Shown here: one piece after another, positions 45,066 to 55,282 of the stretch
How positions within the stretch are numbered: the stretch's first letter is position 1
How the letters are laid out: the number at the start of each line of letters is the position of its first letter
NCBI GenBank assembly: GCA_947485745.1
Contig: CANKQY010000005.1
Location: forward strand, 875-64,874
Length of the DNA: 64,000 bases
Reading direction: 5' to 3'
Source of the DNA: Bacteroidota bacterium
Lineage (GTDB): Bacteria; Bacteroidota; Bacteroidia; UKL13-3
Notes under the pieces: model-generated
What the model saw: only the letters and a program-made list of their open reading frames with translations
Database searches by the model: none
What the model was told of the DNA's origin: nothing
Program-made: the position numbers and the translations under genes

Positions 45066-46079
45066 CTACCTGGCAAAAGGAGCTGCTGTAATTGGCTCAA
45101 ATTCATTTAATATATATTTAAAATGTGCAGCCATAGCAACCATCGCGGCATTGTCTGTACAATATTCAAAAGCAGGAATGTAGGTTCTCCAATTATTTCT
45201 TGCGCCTTCCTCTAATAACGCTTTTCTGAGTCCGCTATTCGCAGAAACTCCGCCGGCCAATGCAATTTCTTTTATTTCGGTTTGAACCGAAGCTTTGATG
45301 ATTTTTTTCATCAAATGAAGAATAATCGACTTTTGAATAGAGGCACATAAATCGGCTAAATTTTCTTCGATAAATTTAGGATTATCCTTTTCCTGCTTTT
45401 GAATGAAATAGAGAAATGAGGTTTTTAGGCCACTAAAACTAAAGCCTAATTCAGGAATTTGTGGTTGGGGAAACTTAAATTTATCAGGATTGCCATTTTG
45501 AGCATATTTATCTACCAATGGTCCACCAGGATAGGGGAGTCCAAGTATTTTTGCTGCCTTATCAAAGGCCTCGCCAGCTGCATCATCAATGGTTTTACCC
45601 AAAATTTCGAAGGAAAAATAATCATTCATTTTTACAATTTGAGTGTGGCCGCCACTTACCGTTAGGCATAAAAATGGAAAACTTGGTTTCGGTTCATCAA
45701 TAAAATGCGCCAAAACATGCGCCTCCATGTGGTGAATTCCTATCAAAGGAATATTTAATGATAAGGCCAAAGACTTGGAAAAACTGCAGCCAACCATCAA
45801 AGATCCTATTAATCCGGGACCTTTGGTAAAGGCAATGGCCGACAAATCATTGATTGATACATTAGCCTCCTTAAATGCAATTTCTACAACTGGCACTATG
45901 TTTTGTTGATGCGCTCTGCTTGCTAATTCTGGAACAACACCGCCATAAAGCTCATGTATACTTTGCGAAGCAACCTTATTTGCGAGAATTTTGCCATTAT
46001 AGATTATAGCGGCTGCTGTATCATCGCAAGACGATTCAATGGCAAGTATTAATATATCTTTTTCCAATTTTGCTGACAC
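45066..46079 (-). CDS. tsaD: tRNA N6-adenosine threonylcarbamoyltransferase
   Basis: 337 aa. It has ILAIESSCDDTAAAI, the metal site GIHHMEAHV, and SGGHTQ. Confidence 0.95.
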   Translation of the reverse strand: MSAKLEKDILILAIESSCDDTAAAIIYNGKILANKVASQSIHELYGGVVPELASRAHQQNIVPVVEIAFKEANVSINDLSAIAFTKGPGLIGSLMVGCSFSKSLALSLNIPLIGIHHMEAHVLAHFIDEPKPSFPFLCLTVSGGHTQIVKMNDYFSFEILGKTIDDAAGEAFDKAAKILGLPYPGGPLVDKYAQNGNPDKFKFPQPQIPELGFSFSGLKTSFLYFIQKQEKDNPKFIEENLADLCASIQKSIILHLMKKIIKASVQTEIKEIALAGGVSANSGLRKALLEEGARNNWRTYIPAFEYCTDNAAMVAMAAHFKYILNEFEPITAAPFAR

Positions 46080-46082
46080 AAC

Positions 46083-46110
46083 TATATTTGTTATCTTCGA
46101 AACAAAACTA
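46083..46110. promoter_or_regulatory. Compact divergent promoter: back-to-back -7 boxes for tamB (+) and tsaD (-)
   Basis: TATATTTG on the + strand (46083-46090) lies 22 nt before the tamB TTG start. TAGTTTTG on the - strand (complement of 46103-46110) lies 23 nt before the tsaD ATG. The whole intergenic region is 33 bp. Confidence 0.4.
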
Positions 46111-46112
46111 CG

Positions 46113-49100
46113 TTGCTAAAGAAGTTTATCAAAATATCTTATGTATTATCTGCAGGCTTTATTGGTCTGCTTATGCTGGTATACCTTCTTTTTAATACCT
46201 ATTCTGTTCAAAATTATGCCATTGGCAGGCTCACAAAATACCTCAATGATACCTATCATACCCGCATATCTATTGGTGAAATCAACTATGATGGTTGGAC
46301 ATATTTTAGTTTAAGAAATGTTAATTTTGGAGATCAAAAAAAAGACACAACTTTTTTTGTAGGGAGGTTACAATTTAATATTTCTGGCCTAAAATTAGAC
46401 TCAACCCATTTTATGTTGCGAGATGTAGTGCTGGATGAAGGGCTATGTAAAATAACCACTTATAGAGATAGTACCTATAGTTTTGATGTAATTAACCTTT
46501 TTTCTGACCCCAACGATACTATGAGTGACCCAAATGCTCCCCCCTTTATTTTAGAGTTCAAGAATTTAGAGTGCATGGATACCCGGTTTCTTCTATTCGA
46601 TTCAACTGGCACTTTTTCCCCTAAGGGTTTCGATTATAACCGAATGAACTTTTACGAAACCAATTTTAGGTCGAATCATTTTAAGTTAATAGATGATTCA
46701 ATGATTTTTGATATCAAAAATTTTAGTTGTAAAGAACGGTGTGGATTTGAAATTTTGAGGTTGAAGGCCAATGCTACTATATGTAAATCATTAGTAGAAT
46801 TTAAGAATTTTGATATGGTTACTCCAAATAGCCATTTAAAAAATTACTTCAGTTTAACCTCATCATCATGGAAAGATTATGCAAATTTCAATGATAATAT
46901 TCCAATGAAAATTGTATTGAACGAGTCAGAATTGGATATGAAAGATATTGCGTTTTTTGTACCAGAATTTGAAGTGTATAAATATCAAGCTAAGGTGAGT
47001 GGTTCAATAAAAGGGCCATTGAGTAATTTAACCATGAAAGAAATGTTGCTGAAAATTGGTTCAGAAACCCAATTTGATGGTGATGTTAAAATGATTGGTT
47101 TACCCAATATTGAAGAAACCTTTATGGATATTAAGGCTAATAAGTTTACTTCTAATAGGAATGAATTAGAAATAATTGCGGCCATGGAGATGCCGCAAGA
47201 ATTAGAAGATTTAGGGAAATTAAAATATAAGGGGCAATTTACAGGGTTTTATAAAGACTTTGTTACCTATGGAATTATTGAAACAGATTTTGGTTCGGCC
47301 GAAACCGACTTAAACATGAAGGTAAATGAAAAAACCATGTTGAGTGAATATTCTGGTAAGTTGAAAATGAATAACTTTATGTTGGGCGCTTTTCTAAATA
47401 ACAAAGATTTAGGAATTTTAACTATGGATGCTTTTGTACAAGGTAAAGGATTTGATTTAAATACCCTTAATACTAAATTCCAAGGGAAGATTAATGCCAT
47501 TGGTTACCAAAATTATAACTATAGTAACATTGATTTAAAGGGAAATGTTGCTCACAAAAAAATTAACATGCACTTAAATGTAGCAGACACTAATTTGGAA
47601 ATGTTATCAGATGTAATGATTGATATGTCTGCGGAGTATTTACATTTTATTGTTGATGGAAACCTGGAAAATGCCAATTTAAAACCATTGAATCTGCACA
47701 ACAATAATATTTCATTAGGAACAAGGTTTTCTTCGGATTATTATCTGAAAGATTTAGGGAATAGTCATGGTGTAATAAGTATAGAGGATTTTCATTATGA
47801 AAAATTTGGATACAGTTATAAAATTAACCAATTAAAGCTAGAATCTGAAAATGAGGATGGTGAAAAAATTTCAATCAACGGCGATTTTGTCCACGGCAAT
47901 ATCAAAGGAGATTATGACATTGGAGAATTGTATGATCAAATAATGTATTGGAGTTTGAGTTTAGGAGATACCTATTTTAATCCTAAAGTGGCAAAGAAAT
48001 CTACCCAAAAATTTGATTTAGATCTGAACATATTATCTACTAATTCAATTTCACCATTATTTTTCCCAGGGTTTAATGCCACCAATATTAACCTAGAAGG
48101 TTCAGTAAATAGTGATGAAGAAGCTTTTGAGTTGGCAGGATATATTGGTAATATCAGATATGATGGCTGGGATTTGGTTCAAACCACTTTTAAGATTAAT
48201 GAACAAAACAAAAAGAATGGTGAATTATTATTAGGTTTTAAAAGCTTTGGTAGGTTAGATACTTTATTGATTGGTGAATTTGCATTGAAATCAAATTTGC
48301 AGCCTGATTTATGGAAATTGCAATACCAAATTAGAGACACCTTAAGTGTGGTGTTTGGTGAATTTGACCAAGAGGTAATATTTGAAGAAAATGATTTTTG
48401 GATAAATAGTAAAACTTCTTGGGTTCAATCAGGATTTTCTAAATGGAATATTTTGTCAGGAAAAACCATTAAGCTGAACAATAGTGATGTTTCATTTGAC
48501 CAATTAAAATTAACCAATGGAGGCCAAGAATTATTAGTAGATGGAGATTATCAATACTCAGGAAAAAATAAGAATTTAAGTGTTAAACTTCAAAATTTGG
48601 AGTTGAATACCATCAATCAATTTGTAAAAGAACTTGGTGTTAATTTAGCTGGAACTGCAAATGGATATATAGTTTATAAGAATATGGGAAATAGAGATGT
48701 GATTGTCTCTGAGATAACGGCCAAAAATTTAAGCCTTGATCAAGATACTTTGGGCGACTTTGACGTAAGTATTGGTTACAGAGAAAAGGAAGAAGACCTA
48801 CTCATTGATTTCAGTTCTTTAAAGGGTAAAATAACCAACCTAAAAGGCTCTGGAAACTACGATATAGCTAGCAAATATTTAGACCTTGCCATAGATTTTA
48901 GTAATTCTAAAATTGTTGCCTTCCAAGCATTCGTAAAAGATTATGTGAAATTAAACAATGGTGACGCTAAATTAAATGCAAGGCTAAAAGGTCCAATAGA
49001 TAAATTAAGTCTTGACGGACAATTATCACTATTAGATGTGAGTTTGAAAGTAGAGTATTTACAAACCAATTATACCATTAGGAATGCCAAAATTAATTTC

Positions 49101-50462
49101 AATGATAATGTCATTAAAATTGTTCCCTTTGATATAAATGATGCCAATAACCAAACAGCAAAGGTGAGTGGGCAAATATCTCATGTTGGTTTTAGTGATT
49201 TAAAATACAATATTCAATTAGATGATTTTAAGTCTTTTCAAATGATGAAAACTGTGGCAAAAGATAATGACCTTTTTTACGGAAATGTATATGCAACAGG
49301 GCAGTTTTCTATGAAAGGTAATAGTAATGATGTAGCCATGTATCTAGATGTGATGTCTGAAAAAAACACAAAGCTTACCGTCAATCCTTTTGGCGCTAGC
49401 ACAGAAACTGGTGAATCATACATTCACTTTGTGAGCAGAGATACTGTTACCACCATCAAAAGTAAAGGAAAAGCCAATGAGTTTGGAATTGGTATTTATA
49501 TGAACATCAAAGCAAACCCTTATGCCGAAATTCAAGTCATCTTTGATGCCAAATCCGACGATAGGATCAAGGCAAAGGGAAATGGAAAATTGAGAATGGA
49601 ATATTTGCCAAATGGTAATTTTTTAATGTTTGGGGAATATGAATTAACTGAGGGTGAATATCGTTTTAGTGCCATGAATGTGGTAGCCAAAAAATTTGAC
49701 TTACGCAGTGGAAGTAAGATAACTTGGACCGGTGATCCTTTAGATGGACGAATGAATATTGTTGGGGTTTATAGTTTAAAAACATCTATTAGTCCAATTG
49801 TAAACATGGAAAGAAGTGAAGATCCAAATGTGAGGGTTCCTGTTGATTGTATCATCAATATCAAAGGTTTGGTAGAGAAACCTGAATTTGTATTTGATTT
49901 AAATTTCCCAGATTTGTCGACCACCGTTACAGGGGCGGCAGCTTCAGAATTAAACGCTGTGGTGGCCAATTTTAGGCGTGAACCAGAAATGATGAATCAA
50001 CAAATGTTGTTCTTGTTAATCTCTGGTGGCTTTGTGCCCATTACCAATACCAATAACTCCTCTGCAAGTACTTTTGGTAGCCAAACAGTTTCTGATTTAT
50101 TAAGCAAGCAGGCAGCAGGCTTAATTGGAAAGGCCATTCCAAATTTTGATGTGAGTGTTGATTTGTTAAATGCTTCTGATCCCACAAAAAGTAGAACTGT
50201 ATTGTTATCGGCCTCGAAAAGGTTTATGGACAATAGGCTAGAGGTGCAAACAAGTTATGCCATTGATCAAACCCAAACAAATGTTTCTGTTACCTATAAT
50301 TTGAAAAAGAATGGCAATACAAAGCTAAAAGTTTTCAATAAAAGTGGTTTCAATGCCATTTATAATCGAAATGTTATTACCTCTGGAACAGGTTTGTTTT
50401 ATAGAAAAGAGTTCAATGAATTTTCTGAGCTTTTCAAAAAACAAAATGCTTCACCTAATTAA
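46113..50462 (+). CDS. tamB: Translocation and assembly module protein TamB-like (DUF490/AsmA-like giant beta-rich protein)
   Basis: 1449 aa with an N-terminal membrane anchor (VLSAGFIGLLMLVYLLF). The body is long, repetitive and beta-rich. The conserved C-terminal block is GDPLDGRMNIVGVY...LEVQTSY. It lies in the conserved divergent position next to tsaD. Confidence 0.8.
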   Translation: MLKKFIKISYVLSAGFIGLLMLVYLLFNTYSVQNYAIGRLTKYLNDTYHTRISIGEINYDGWTYFSLRNVNFGDQKKDTTFFVGRLQFNISGLKLDSTHFMLRDVVLDEGLCKITTYRDSTYSFDVINLFSDPNDTMSDPNAPPFILEFKNLECMDTRFLLFDSTGTFSPKGFDYNRMNFYETNFRSNHFKLIDDSMIFDIKNFSCKERCGFEILRLKANATICKSLVEFKNFDMVTPNSHLKNYFSLTSSSWKDYANFNDNIPMKIVLNESELDMKDIAFFVPEFEVYKYQAKVSGSIKGPLSNLTMKEMLLKIGSETQFDGDVKMIGLPNIEETFMDIKANKFTSNRNELEIIAAMEMPQELEDLGKLKYKGQFTGFYKDFVTYGIIETDFGSAETDLNMKVNEKTMLSEYSGKLKMNNFMLGAFLNNKDLGILTMDAFVQGKGFDLNTLNTKFQGKINAIGYQNYNYSNIDLKGNVAHKKINMHLNVADTNLEMLSDVMIDMSAEYLHFIVDGNLENANLKPLNLHNNNISLGTRFSSDYYLKDLGNSHGVISIEDFHYEKFGYSYKINQLKLESENEDGEKISINGDFVHGNIKGDYDIGELYDQIMYWSLSLGDTYFNPKVAKKSTQKFDLDLNILSTNSISPLFFPGFNATNINLEGSVNSDEEAFELAGYIGNIRYDGWDLVQTTFKINEQNKKNGELLLGFKSFGRLDTLLIGEFALKSNLQPDLWKLQYQIRDTLSVVFGEFDQEVIFEENDFWINSKTSWVQSGFSKWNILSGKTIKLNNSDVSFDQLKLTNGGQELLVDGDYQYSGKNKNLSVKLQNLELNTINQFVKELGVNLAGTANGYIVYKNMGNRDVIVSEITAKNLSLDQDTLGDFDVSIGYREKEEDLLIDFSSLKGKITNLKGSGNYDIASKYLDLAIDFSNSKIVAFQAFVKDYVKLNNGDAKLNARLKGPIDKLSLDGQLSLLDVSLKVEYLQTNYTIRNAKINFNDNVIKIVPFDINDANNQTAKVSGQISHVGFSDLKYNIQLDDFKSFQMMKTVAKDNDLFYGNVYATGQFSMKGNSNDVAMYLDVMSEKNTKLTVNPFGASTETGESYIHFVSRDTVTTIKSKGKANEFGIGIYMNIKANPYAEIQVIFDAKSDDRIKAKGNGKLRMEYLPNGNFLMFGEYELTEGEYRFSAMNVVAKKFDLRSGSKITWTGDPLDGRMNIVGVYSLKTSISPIVNMERSEDPNVRVPVDCIINIKGLVEKPEFVFDLNFPDLSTTVTGAAASELNAVVANFRREPEMMNQQMLFLLISGGFVPITNTNNSSASTFGSQTVSDLLSKQAAGLIGKAIPNFDVSVDLLNASDPTKSRTVLLSASKRFMDNRLEVQTSYAIDQTQTNVSVTYNLKKNGNTKLKVFNKSGFNAIYNRNVITSGTGLFYRKEFNEFSELFKKQNASPN

Positions 50463-50485
50463 TATTAATAAAACAAGATAAATAT

Positions 50486-51424
50486 ATGATTCCATCTATT
50501 GATTTAAATGATTTTTTAAGTGGCGACTCAATTAAAAAAAATAATTTTGTTCAAGCATTAGGTAATGCCTACCAAGATATTGGATTTGTTGCTGTTAAAG
50601 GCCATCTTTTAGAGGATGAAGTTAGTCAACAACTTTATTGGCAGTGCCAAGAGTTCTTTAATTTGCATGATGAAACAAAAAAGGTTTATGAAATTCCAGG
50701 TTTAGCAGGTCAAAGAGGTTACACAAGCTTTGGTAAAGAACATGCCAAAGGCAGAAATGAAGGTGATTTGAAAGAGTTTTGGCATTTTGGGCAAGAAGTA
50801 ATTGGTGATGATCCGATTAAAAATGAGTATCCAGAAAATGTTATTGTTAAAGAACTATCTGGTTTTAATGCTAATGGCCTCAAAGCATACAAGCAATTGG
50901 AAGAAACCGGAAAATATATGCTCAGGGCAATTGCCTTGTTTTTAAACTTGCCTGAAACCTATTTTGATGATAAAATTTATCATGGAAATAGCATACTCAG
51001 ACCTATTCATTATCCGCCAATTAACAGTGAACCTAAATCGGCAGTTAGGGCTGCAGAGCACGAAGACATTAATTTAATTACTTTGTTAATGGGCGCGAGT
51101 GCCGAAGGATTGCAAGTGTTGAATAAACAAAACGAGTGGGTTGCTATAACGGCATTACCCAATCAACTCGTGGTTAATGTTGGCGATATGCTTCAACGAT
51201 TAACCAATAATGTTCTTAAAAGTACCACCCACAGAGTTGTAAATCCACCTCAAGAAAAATGGGCTTTTCCACGCTATTCTATTCCTTTTTTCTTGCATCC
51301 TAGAAGTGAAATGCGCTTAGATTGTTTAAATGAATGTATTAGTTTAGATAATCCAATTCATTATGAACCTATCTCTGCTGGAGATTACCTCATAGAAAGA
51401 TTAAAAGAGATTGGTTTAAAATAG
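50486..51424 (+). CDS. 2-oxoglutarate/Fe(II)-dependent oxygenase (isopenicillin N synthase-like family)
   Basis: 312 aa. It has GFVAVKGH, the facial triad in AAEHEDINLITLL and STTHRVVNP, and RYSIPFFLHP. Confidence 0.8.
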   Translation: MIPSIDLNDFLSGDSIKKNNFVQALGNAYQDIGFVAVKGHLLEDEVSQQLYWQCQEFFNLHDETKKVYEIPGLAGQRGYTSFGKEHAKGRNEGDLKEFWHFGQEVIGDDPIKNEYPENVIVKELSGFNANGLKAYKQLEETGKYMLRAIALFLNLPETYFDDKIYHGNSILRPIHYPPINSEPKSAVRAAEHEDINLITLLMGASAEGLQVLNKQNEWVAITALPNQLVVNVGDMLQRLTNNVLKSTTHRVVNPPQEKWAFPRYSIPFFLHPRSEMRLDCLNECISLDNPIHYEPISAGDYLIERLKEIGLK

Positions 51425-51432
51425 AAGGCCTA

Positions 51433-52926
51433 ATGGGTTTGAATTCTTTTTTAGGGTTAAAGATAAAGTTGATAAAGGTTGTAATGCCCAATTTTATTCA
51501 CGCCTTTTTTTTTATACTATTTTCCCTTGTTTCCATTTTAAATCATTATTACTTTAGATCTGCAGGTTTAGATTATGGTTTGGCAAACCAAGCATTGTAT
51601 CAGTTTGCCCATTTTAAATCAGCAATCATCAGTGAAACCTTAAATGCAGAATCACTTAGTTATTTAAGTTGTCACCTGAGCTTTTGGGTTCCCATATTAT
51701 CTCCTTTTTATTGGTTATTTGGTTCATATACTTTATTAATATTTCAAAATTTAGCATTAATTTTTGCAGGCATTGGCTTAACTAAATTAACTACTTATTT
51801 TAACTTACGAAAAGGAATTTCAAATTTGGTTCTTATCCAATTTTATTGCTTCTTCGCCATCTATGCTGCCCTTGCTTTTGATTACCATGATAATGTAATT
51901 GGTGCATGTTTTTTGCCTTGGCTATTTTATTTTTATTTAACTGAAAAGACAGGTTTAACTTTACTGTGCTTTTTTGCGGTCTTGATTTCCAAAGAAAATA
52001 TGGCCATTTTGCTTGGATTTACTTCCATAACTATGTGGTTATTGAACAAAGGATTTACCTGGAAAAATTGTCAATTGCCAATCATGCTATTGCTGGGTTC
52101 ATTGTCTTGGTTTTTGATTGCTAGTTTGATTATCATGCCCGCTATAAGCCCAAACGGTAATTTTGAGCAACTTAGCAGGTATTCCTATATGGGTTCAAGT
52201 TTAAAAGAAATTGTTAATTTCATTTTTACCCATCCACTTAAAATGATAGAGTTGTTCTATAAATCGCACATTCAGCCTGATAATCAAGAAATAGTTAAAC
52301 AAGAATTTTTATGGGTTTTGTTTCTTTCTGGTGGCTTTGCTTTAATACGTAAACCTGCCTTTTTATGGATGGCGCTACCTATTCTCATGCAAAAATTATG
52401 GAATAAAGAATTAGCCTTTTGGGGTTTGGATTTTCATTATCAAATTGAGTTAGCAGCCATAGTTTCTATGGCCATCATTTTTTGGATCAAAGACATTAAA
52501 TCCTTAAACCTCCGAGTTTGTTTAATTGTTTTAACTACAACAAGCACAGCCTTCATAACTTGGTATAAAATGGATAGTCGTTATTCAGATTACCATCATC
52601 CCGAAAAGGAAAATATTTTCATGAAGGCACATTATCAGGCTCCAATAGGTCTACAAAACATACGAAAAGGGATCCAACTAATTCCAAAAGATTCACCAAT
52701 TTGTGCGCAAACCAATCTCATGCCTCACCTTTCTAATAGAGATAAATTATACCATTTCCCAATGATAAGAGATGCAAGATATTTAGTGTTTTTACATCCG
52801 CAATTAAACAGTTATCCTCTCAGCAATGAATTGGCAATGCATTTCATTGATTCAATTCGGCTGCAAAAGAACTGGAAAGAAGACAGCACCTATTCTCCCT
52901 TGAGAATTATAACTAAGTTAAACTAG
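51433..52926 (+). CDS. DUF2079-like polytopic membrane protein (GT-C-like, tentative)
   Basis: About 480-497 aa with at least 10 TM helices plus a C-terminal soluble domain. The alternative start MPNFIHAFFF at 51484 is equally plausible. Confidence 0.5.
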   Translation: MGLNSFLGLKIKLIKVVMPNFIHAFFFILFSLVSILNHYYFRSAGLDYGLANQALYQFAHFKSAIISETLNAESLSYLSCHLSFWVPILSPFYWLFGSYTLLIFQNLALIFAGIGLTKLTTYFNLRKGISNLVLIQFYCFFAIYAALAFDYHDNVIGACFLPWLFYFYLTEKTGLTLLCFFAVLISKENMAILLGFTSITMWLLNKGFTWKNCQLPIMLLLGSLSWFLIASLIIMPAISPNGNFEQLSRYSYMGSSLKEIVNFIFTHPLKMIELFYKSHIQPDNQEIVKQEFLWVLFLSGGFALIRKPAFLWMALPILMQKLWNKELAFWGLDFHYQIELAAIVSMAIIFWIKDIKSLNLRVCLIVLTTTSTAFITWYKMDSRYSDYHHPEKENIFMKAHYQAPIGLQNIRKGIQLIPKDSPICAQTNLMPHLSNRDKLYHFPMIRDARYLVFLHPQLNSYPLSNELAMHFIDSIRLQKNWKEDSTYSPLRIITKLN

Positions 52927-53786
52927 GCTTCTAACGGATTTTCAATATGAAATTTAACCAAATCCTCTAAAGGTGATTTTAGTACTTTACCCATATGCAT
53001 ATCGTAACTTAAGGCAACTTCTTCTAGTATATCTTTAAATACAAAACCCACCGATCCTATACAATTGAATCTGTAATCCTTGTAATCAGGATATTTACTA
53101 GTTAAGTTTTTGAAGAAATCTCTAAAAGAATCTCTCACTTTGTTTCTAATATAAGGGTGATCCACATATTCATCGGCAAACTTACAGAAGCTGGCCAAAT
53201 ACCTATTCGGAAATTGAGTAGTATAAAGCGTGGTAAATATTTGCTCGTTGTCTGCTATTTGAAAGCGCTCCTTGAACCTAGCTTGCAAAGGTGCTTCTAA
53301 TCTGCCACGCATAAAATCGCGTACTATTTTTTTGCCTATATAACTTCCACTTCCTTCATCCCCTAATAAATAGCCCAAAGAATCAATATTCATCGAAACA
53401 TCATTGCCATCATATAAACAAGTATTGCAACCAGTACCTAAAATTGCTGCAAAACCTTTTTCCTTGCCTAATAATGCTCTCGCAGTTGCCAATAAATCAT
53501 GCCCAACAAAAATATGTGAAGCACCAGGAAAACTTCTATTAAGCGCTTTTCTAACTATGTCTTTCTTTTCAGGTGTGCTGCATCCTGCACCATAAAAGTA
53601 TACTTCAGTAACCTCATTTGCATCTAGGTCTTTGAGGAGATTCTCTGATAAAGAATAAAATATAGCTTCTGTATCTATAAAATAAGGATTGAAGCCTATA
53701 GTATGAAAAATCATACTAAATTTTCCATTTTTATCTGTTAAACACCAATCTGTTTTGGTTGATCCACTGTCGGCAATTAAATACAT
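52923..53786 (-). CDS. BadF/BadG/BcrA/BcrD-type ATPase, N-acetylglucosamine kinase-like
   Basis: 287 aa. The N-terminal phosphate-1 motif is MYLIADSGSTKTDW. It also has ILGTGCN and LGDEGSGSYIG. Confidence 0.75.
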   Translation of the reverse strand: MYLIADSGSTKTDWCLTDKNGKFSMIFHTIGFNPYFIDTEAIFYSLSENLLKDLDANEVTEVYFYGAGCSTPEKKDIVRKALNRSFPGASHIFVGHDLLATARALLGKEKGFAAILGTGCNTCLYDGNDVSMNIDSLGYLLGDEGSGSYIGKKIVRDFMRGRLEAPLQARFKERFQIADNEQIFTTLYTTQFPNRYLASFCKFADEYVDHPYIRNKVRDSFRDFFKNLTSKYPDYKDYRFNCIGSVGFVFKDILEEVALSYDMHMGKVLKSPLEDLVKFHIENPLEA

Positions 53787-53991
53787 AGTAGTTTATTTTT
53801 TATTGATACGAGATTATAAAAAACATGTGTATAAAACAATAAACAGCTTTAAATATTTGGTATTAGTAATAATTAGCCAAAAAGTTATAAGTAATTATCA
53901 TTTAAAAAACACATATTCAAATGCTTATGAAATCAACTTGCTAATACAAACTGATTTTAGTAATATTGGATATATAACCCCTAAAGCAAAG

Positions 53992-55146
53992 ATGAATTTT
54001 TCTGGATCAGTTAAGAGTAAGCTACCCCATGTTGGAACCACCATATTTTCTGTAATGTCGGCTCTTGCCAATGAGCAACAAGCCATCAATTTAGCTCAAG
54101 GCTTCCCAGATTTTAATTGCTCTACTAAGTTGGTTAATTTGGTAAGTCATTATATGGAAAAAGGTATGAATCAATATGCACCAATGCCTGGCCTAATGCA
54201 ATTGCGTGAAAAAATTGCCGCAAAAACCGAAAAATTATATGGTGCCATTTATAACCCAGATTCAGAAATAACAATTGTACCAGGTGGAACTCATGGAATA
54301 TATGCTGCTGTGAGCGCTGTTGTGCGTGAAGGCGACGAAGTGGTTGTGATAGAGCCATGTTATGATAGCTATCTCCCCGCTATTCAGTTAAATGGAGGTC
54401 GTGCCGTTTTTTATGAAATGAAATATCCAGATTATTCAATAGACTGGAATGAGGTTAAAAAGCTCATTAATTTTAAAACAAGAATGATCATGATTAATAC
54501 CCCTCATAATCCTACGGGGTCTGTTCTTACTGATCAAGATATGATTCAATTAACCAAAATTTTGGATAATACAGATGTGGTTGTATTGAGTGATGAGGTT
54601 TATGAACACATTATTTTCGACCACCATGAACATCAAAGTGTAGCAAGATTTCCAAAATTGGCTGAAAGAAGTGTTATTATTTCATCCTTTGGCAAAACTT
54701 ACCACACCACTGGTTGGAAAATGGGGTATGTTTTAGCGCCAGAAAACCTCACTAAAGAATTAAGAAAAGTACATCAATTTATGGCATTTAGTGCCAATAC
54801 GCCAATTCAATATGCATTAGCCGATTTCCTAGAAGATTCTGATGCTTATTTACAATTAAACCAATTTTATGAAAACAAAAGGAATTATTTTCAAAAGCTC
54901 GTTAAGGGGTCAAACTTTAAGCTTTTGCCGTGCAAAGGTTCATATTTTCAAATGCTCAACTATGCTAAAATTACGCAAGAACGCGACGTTGACTTTGCCG
55001 TGCGTTTAACCAAAGAGCATAAAGTTGCTAGCATTCCAACCTCAGTTTTTTATCACAAAAAAGTTGATAACAATGTGCTTAGGTTCTGTTTTGCTAAAGA
55101 CAATGAAACACTCGAAAAAGCAGCAGAAAAATTAATGCGTGTGTAG
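53992..55146 (+). CDS. Class I/II PLP aminotransferase (YbdL-type methionine aminotransferase-like)
   Basis: It has NLAQGFPDF, MINTPHNPTG and the PLP-Lys motif SSFGKTYHTTGWKMGY. The start is moved to the ATG at 53992 (MNFSGSVKSKLPHVGTTIF). The track ORF adds 79 low-complexity residues across an AT-rich spacer. Confidence 0.85.
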   Translation: MNFSGSVKSKLPHVGTTIFSVMSALANEQQAINLAQGFPDFNCSTKLVNLVSHYMEKGMNQYAPMPGLMQLREKIAAKTEKLYGAIYNPDSEITIVPGGTHGIYAAVSAVVREGDEVVVIEPCYDSYLPAIQLNGGRAVFYEMKYPDYSIDWNEVKKLINFKTRMIMINTPHNPTGSVLTDQDMIQLTKILDNTDVVVLSDEVYEHIIFDHHEHQSVARFPKLAERSVIISSFGKTYHTTGWKMGYVLAPENLTKELRKVHQFMAFSANTPIQYALADFLEDSDAYLQLNQFYENKRNYFQKLVKGSNFKLLPCKGSYFQMLNYAKITQERDVDFAVRLTKEHKVASIPTSVFYHKKVDNNVLRFCFAKDNETLEKAAEKLMRV

Positions 55147-55182
55147 TATTTTATAGTCAAGTTTCATAAGTTTTTAGTTTAA

Positions 55183-55216
55183 GGCGTCATTTTAAATTGA
55201 ATGTCGCTTTTTTTTA
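55183..55216 (+). terminator. Rho-independent terminator after the aminotransferase gene
   Basis: The stem GCGTCATT (55184-55191) pairs with AATGTCGC (55200-55207), with one T-T mismatch and an 8-nt loop. A 9-nt T-run (55208-55216) follows. Confidence 0.55.
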
Positions 55217-55257
55217 TTGTTATTGCCTCAATTCCCGCATTTTAAAGTAATCAACCT

Positions 55258-55265
55258 TATATTTG
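55258..55265 (+). promoter_or_regulatory. Bacteroidota-type -7 promoter box (TAnnTTTG)
   Basis: TATATTTG lies 17 nt upstream of the ATG at 55283. This supports the shorter argS start. Confidence 0.4.
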
Positions 55266-55282
55266 AACCAATTAATAAGAGA

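Noticed and set aside
53865-53890. Possible third, degenerate copy of the heptad repeat family (GGTATTAGTAATAATTAGCCAAAAAG)
   Set aside because: It shares ATTAGTAAT..ATTAG with the 62.6-kb array but shows no convincing 7-bp phasing. The surrounding 205-bp spacer is generally AT-rich, so the match may be chance.
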